DNA from: Betaproteobacteria bacterium
Lineage (GTDB): Bacteria; Pseudomonadota; Gammaproteobacteria; Burkholderiales; SG8-41
Direction of reading: 5' to 3'
DNA: 47,732 bases
Assembly (NCBI GenBank): GCA_028292225.1
Contig: JAQGMV010000443.1
Location: forward strand, 1 to 47,732
Shown one piece after another: positions 47,103 to 47,732 of the stretch. A program made the translations under genes and the position numbers. The notes beneath the pieces were generated by a model. The model was not told the DNA's origin, did not search any database, and worked only from the letters and a program-made list of their open reading frames with translations. Numbering within the stretch: position 1 is the first letter of the stretch; every line of letters begins with the position of its first letter.

Positions 47103-47732
47103 TCACGCGGCGGCCTGCTCGTGAACGGAACGCAAGCTGCCCCAGACGCATGAGCCCGCGCTCGCCGTCTGAATGTCGGCGAGTTGCTGCTGGTGCGCCG
47201 CGGCTTCATCGGGCGTCGCGTGCTGCACTCGAAGTGCGGGGCGGGCGCCGGACGCACGCGTCGCCACAGGCGCAGCGTGTACGGGCTCAACTTCGATCAC
47301 CAGGCTTTCCTGACCTCGCGTCATGGCGAGGTAGACCTCCGCCAGCAACCGCGCATCCAGCAGAGCTCCGTGTAACGTCCGGGCCGACTTGTCGATCTGG
47401 TGGCGATCGCATAACGCGTCCAGACCATTGCGCTTGCCAGGGTGAATCTCGCGTGCCAGTTTCAGGGTATCGACCACGCTAGCGCAGTACGTGCGGAGCG
47501 GTTCGCGGCCGAGGAGCTTGAGCTCGTGATCGAGAAAACCGACGTCGAAAGCCGCGTTGTGTATGACCAGCTCGACCCCGCCCACGAATTCGAGGAACTC
47601 GTTGACGATCTCGCCGAACTCCGGCTTGTCGCTCAGGAATTCCGAAGTGAGCCCGTGTATCTGCAGCGCCGCTTCGTCGCTGGCGCGCTGCGGATTGACG
47701 TATCGGTGGAAATGGTTGCCGGTGAGGCGGCG
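47103..47732 (-). CDS. dnaQ: DNA polymerase III subunit epsilon, 5' end outside the window
   Basis: RRLTGNHFHRYVNP, IHGLT.EFL.DKP, IHNAAFDVGFL, LDALC and RTLHGALLDARLLAEVYLAMTRGQ motifs; frame open to the window edge. Confidence 0.96.
   Translation of the reverse strand, partial: RRLTGNHFHRYVNPQRASDEAALQIHGLTSEFLSDKPEFGEIVNEFLEFVGGVELVIHNAAFDVGFLDHELKLLGREPLRTYCASVVDTLKLAREIHPGKRNGLDALCDRHQIDKSARTLHGALLDARLLAEVYLAMTRGQESLVIEVEPVHAAPVATRASGARPALRVQHATPDEAAAHQQQLADIQTASAGSCVWGSLRSVHEQAAA

Overview
High-GC, probably betaproteobacterial chromosome segment. Nearly the whole window is one surface-polysaccharide locus (O-antigen or group-4-capsule type), about 47 kb, downstream of dnaQ and almost entirely on the minus strand. 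In transcription order it carries: an SLBB-repeat export protein and a Wzz/GumC-type co-polymerase; a full legionaminic-acid-type nonulosonic acid pathway (legB, legC, neuC, neuB, NeuD-type acetyltransferase, CBS-nucleotidyltransferase, Gfo/Idh/MocA oxidoreductase, CMP-synthetase, PtmA-type SDR) interrupted by an acyltransferase-HisF-HisH-amidotransferase module; an MBOAT/SGNH O-acylation pair; an inverted pair of oxidoreductases; a Wzy-like gene; a CDP-6-deoxyhexose branch (rfbF, rfbG, rfbC-like, reductase) followed by a CmcI-family protein and a carbamoyltransferase; Wzx; glycosyltransferases, including a tandem-duplicated candidate nonulosonate transferase whose upstream copy is internally deleted; a methyltransferase, asnB, a heparinase II/III-like protein, GT4, wecB, a WbpV-like and a WbpL-like gene; and a yjbE-yjbF-yjbG/H (gfc) operon with yjbG and yjbH fused. 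I saw no RNA genes, CRISPR arrays or transposases. All calls come from motif recognition by eye and no searches were run. The most plausible novelty is the chemistry of a heavily decorated glycan, not a new class of system.
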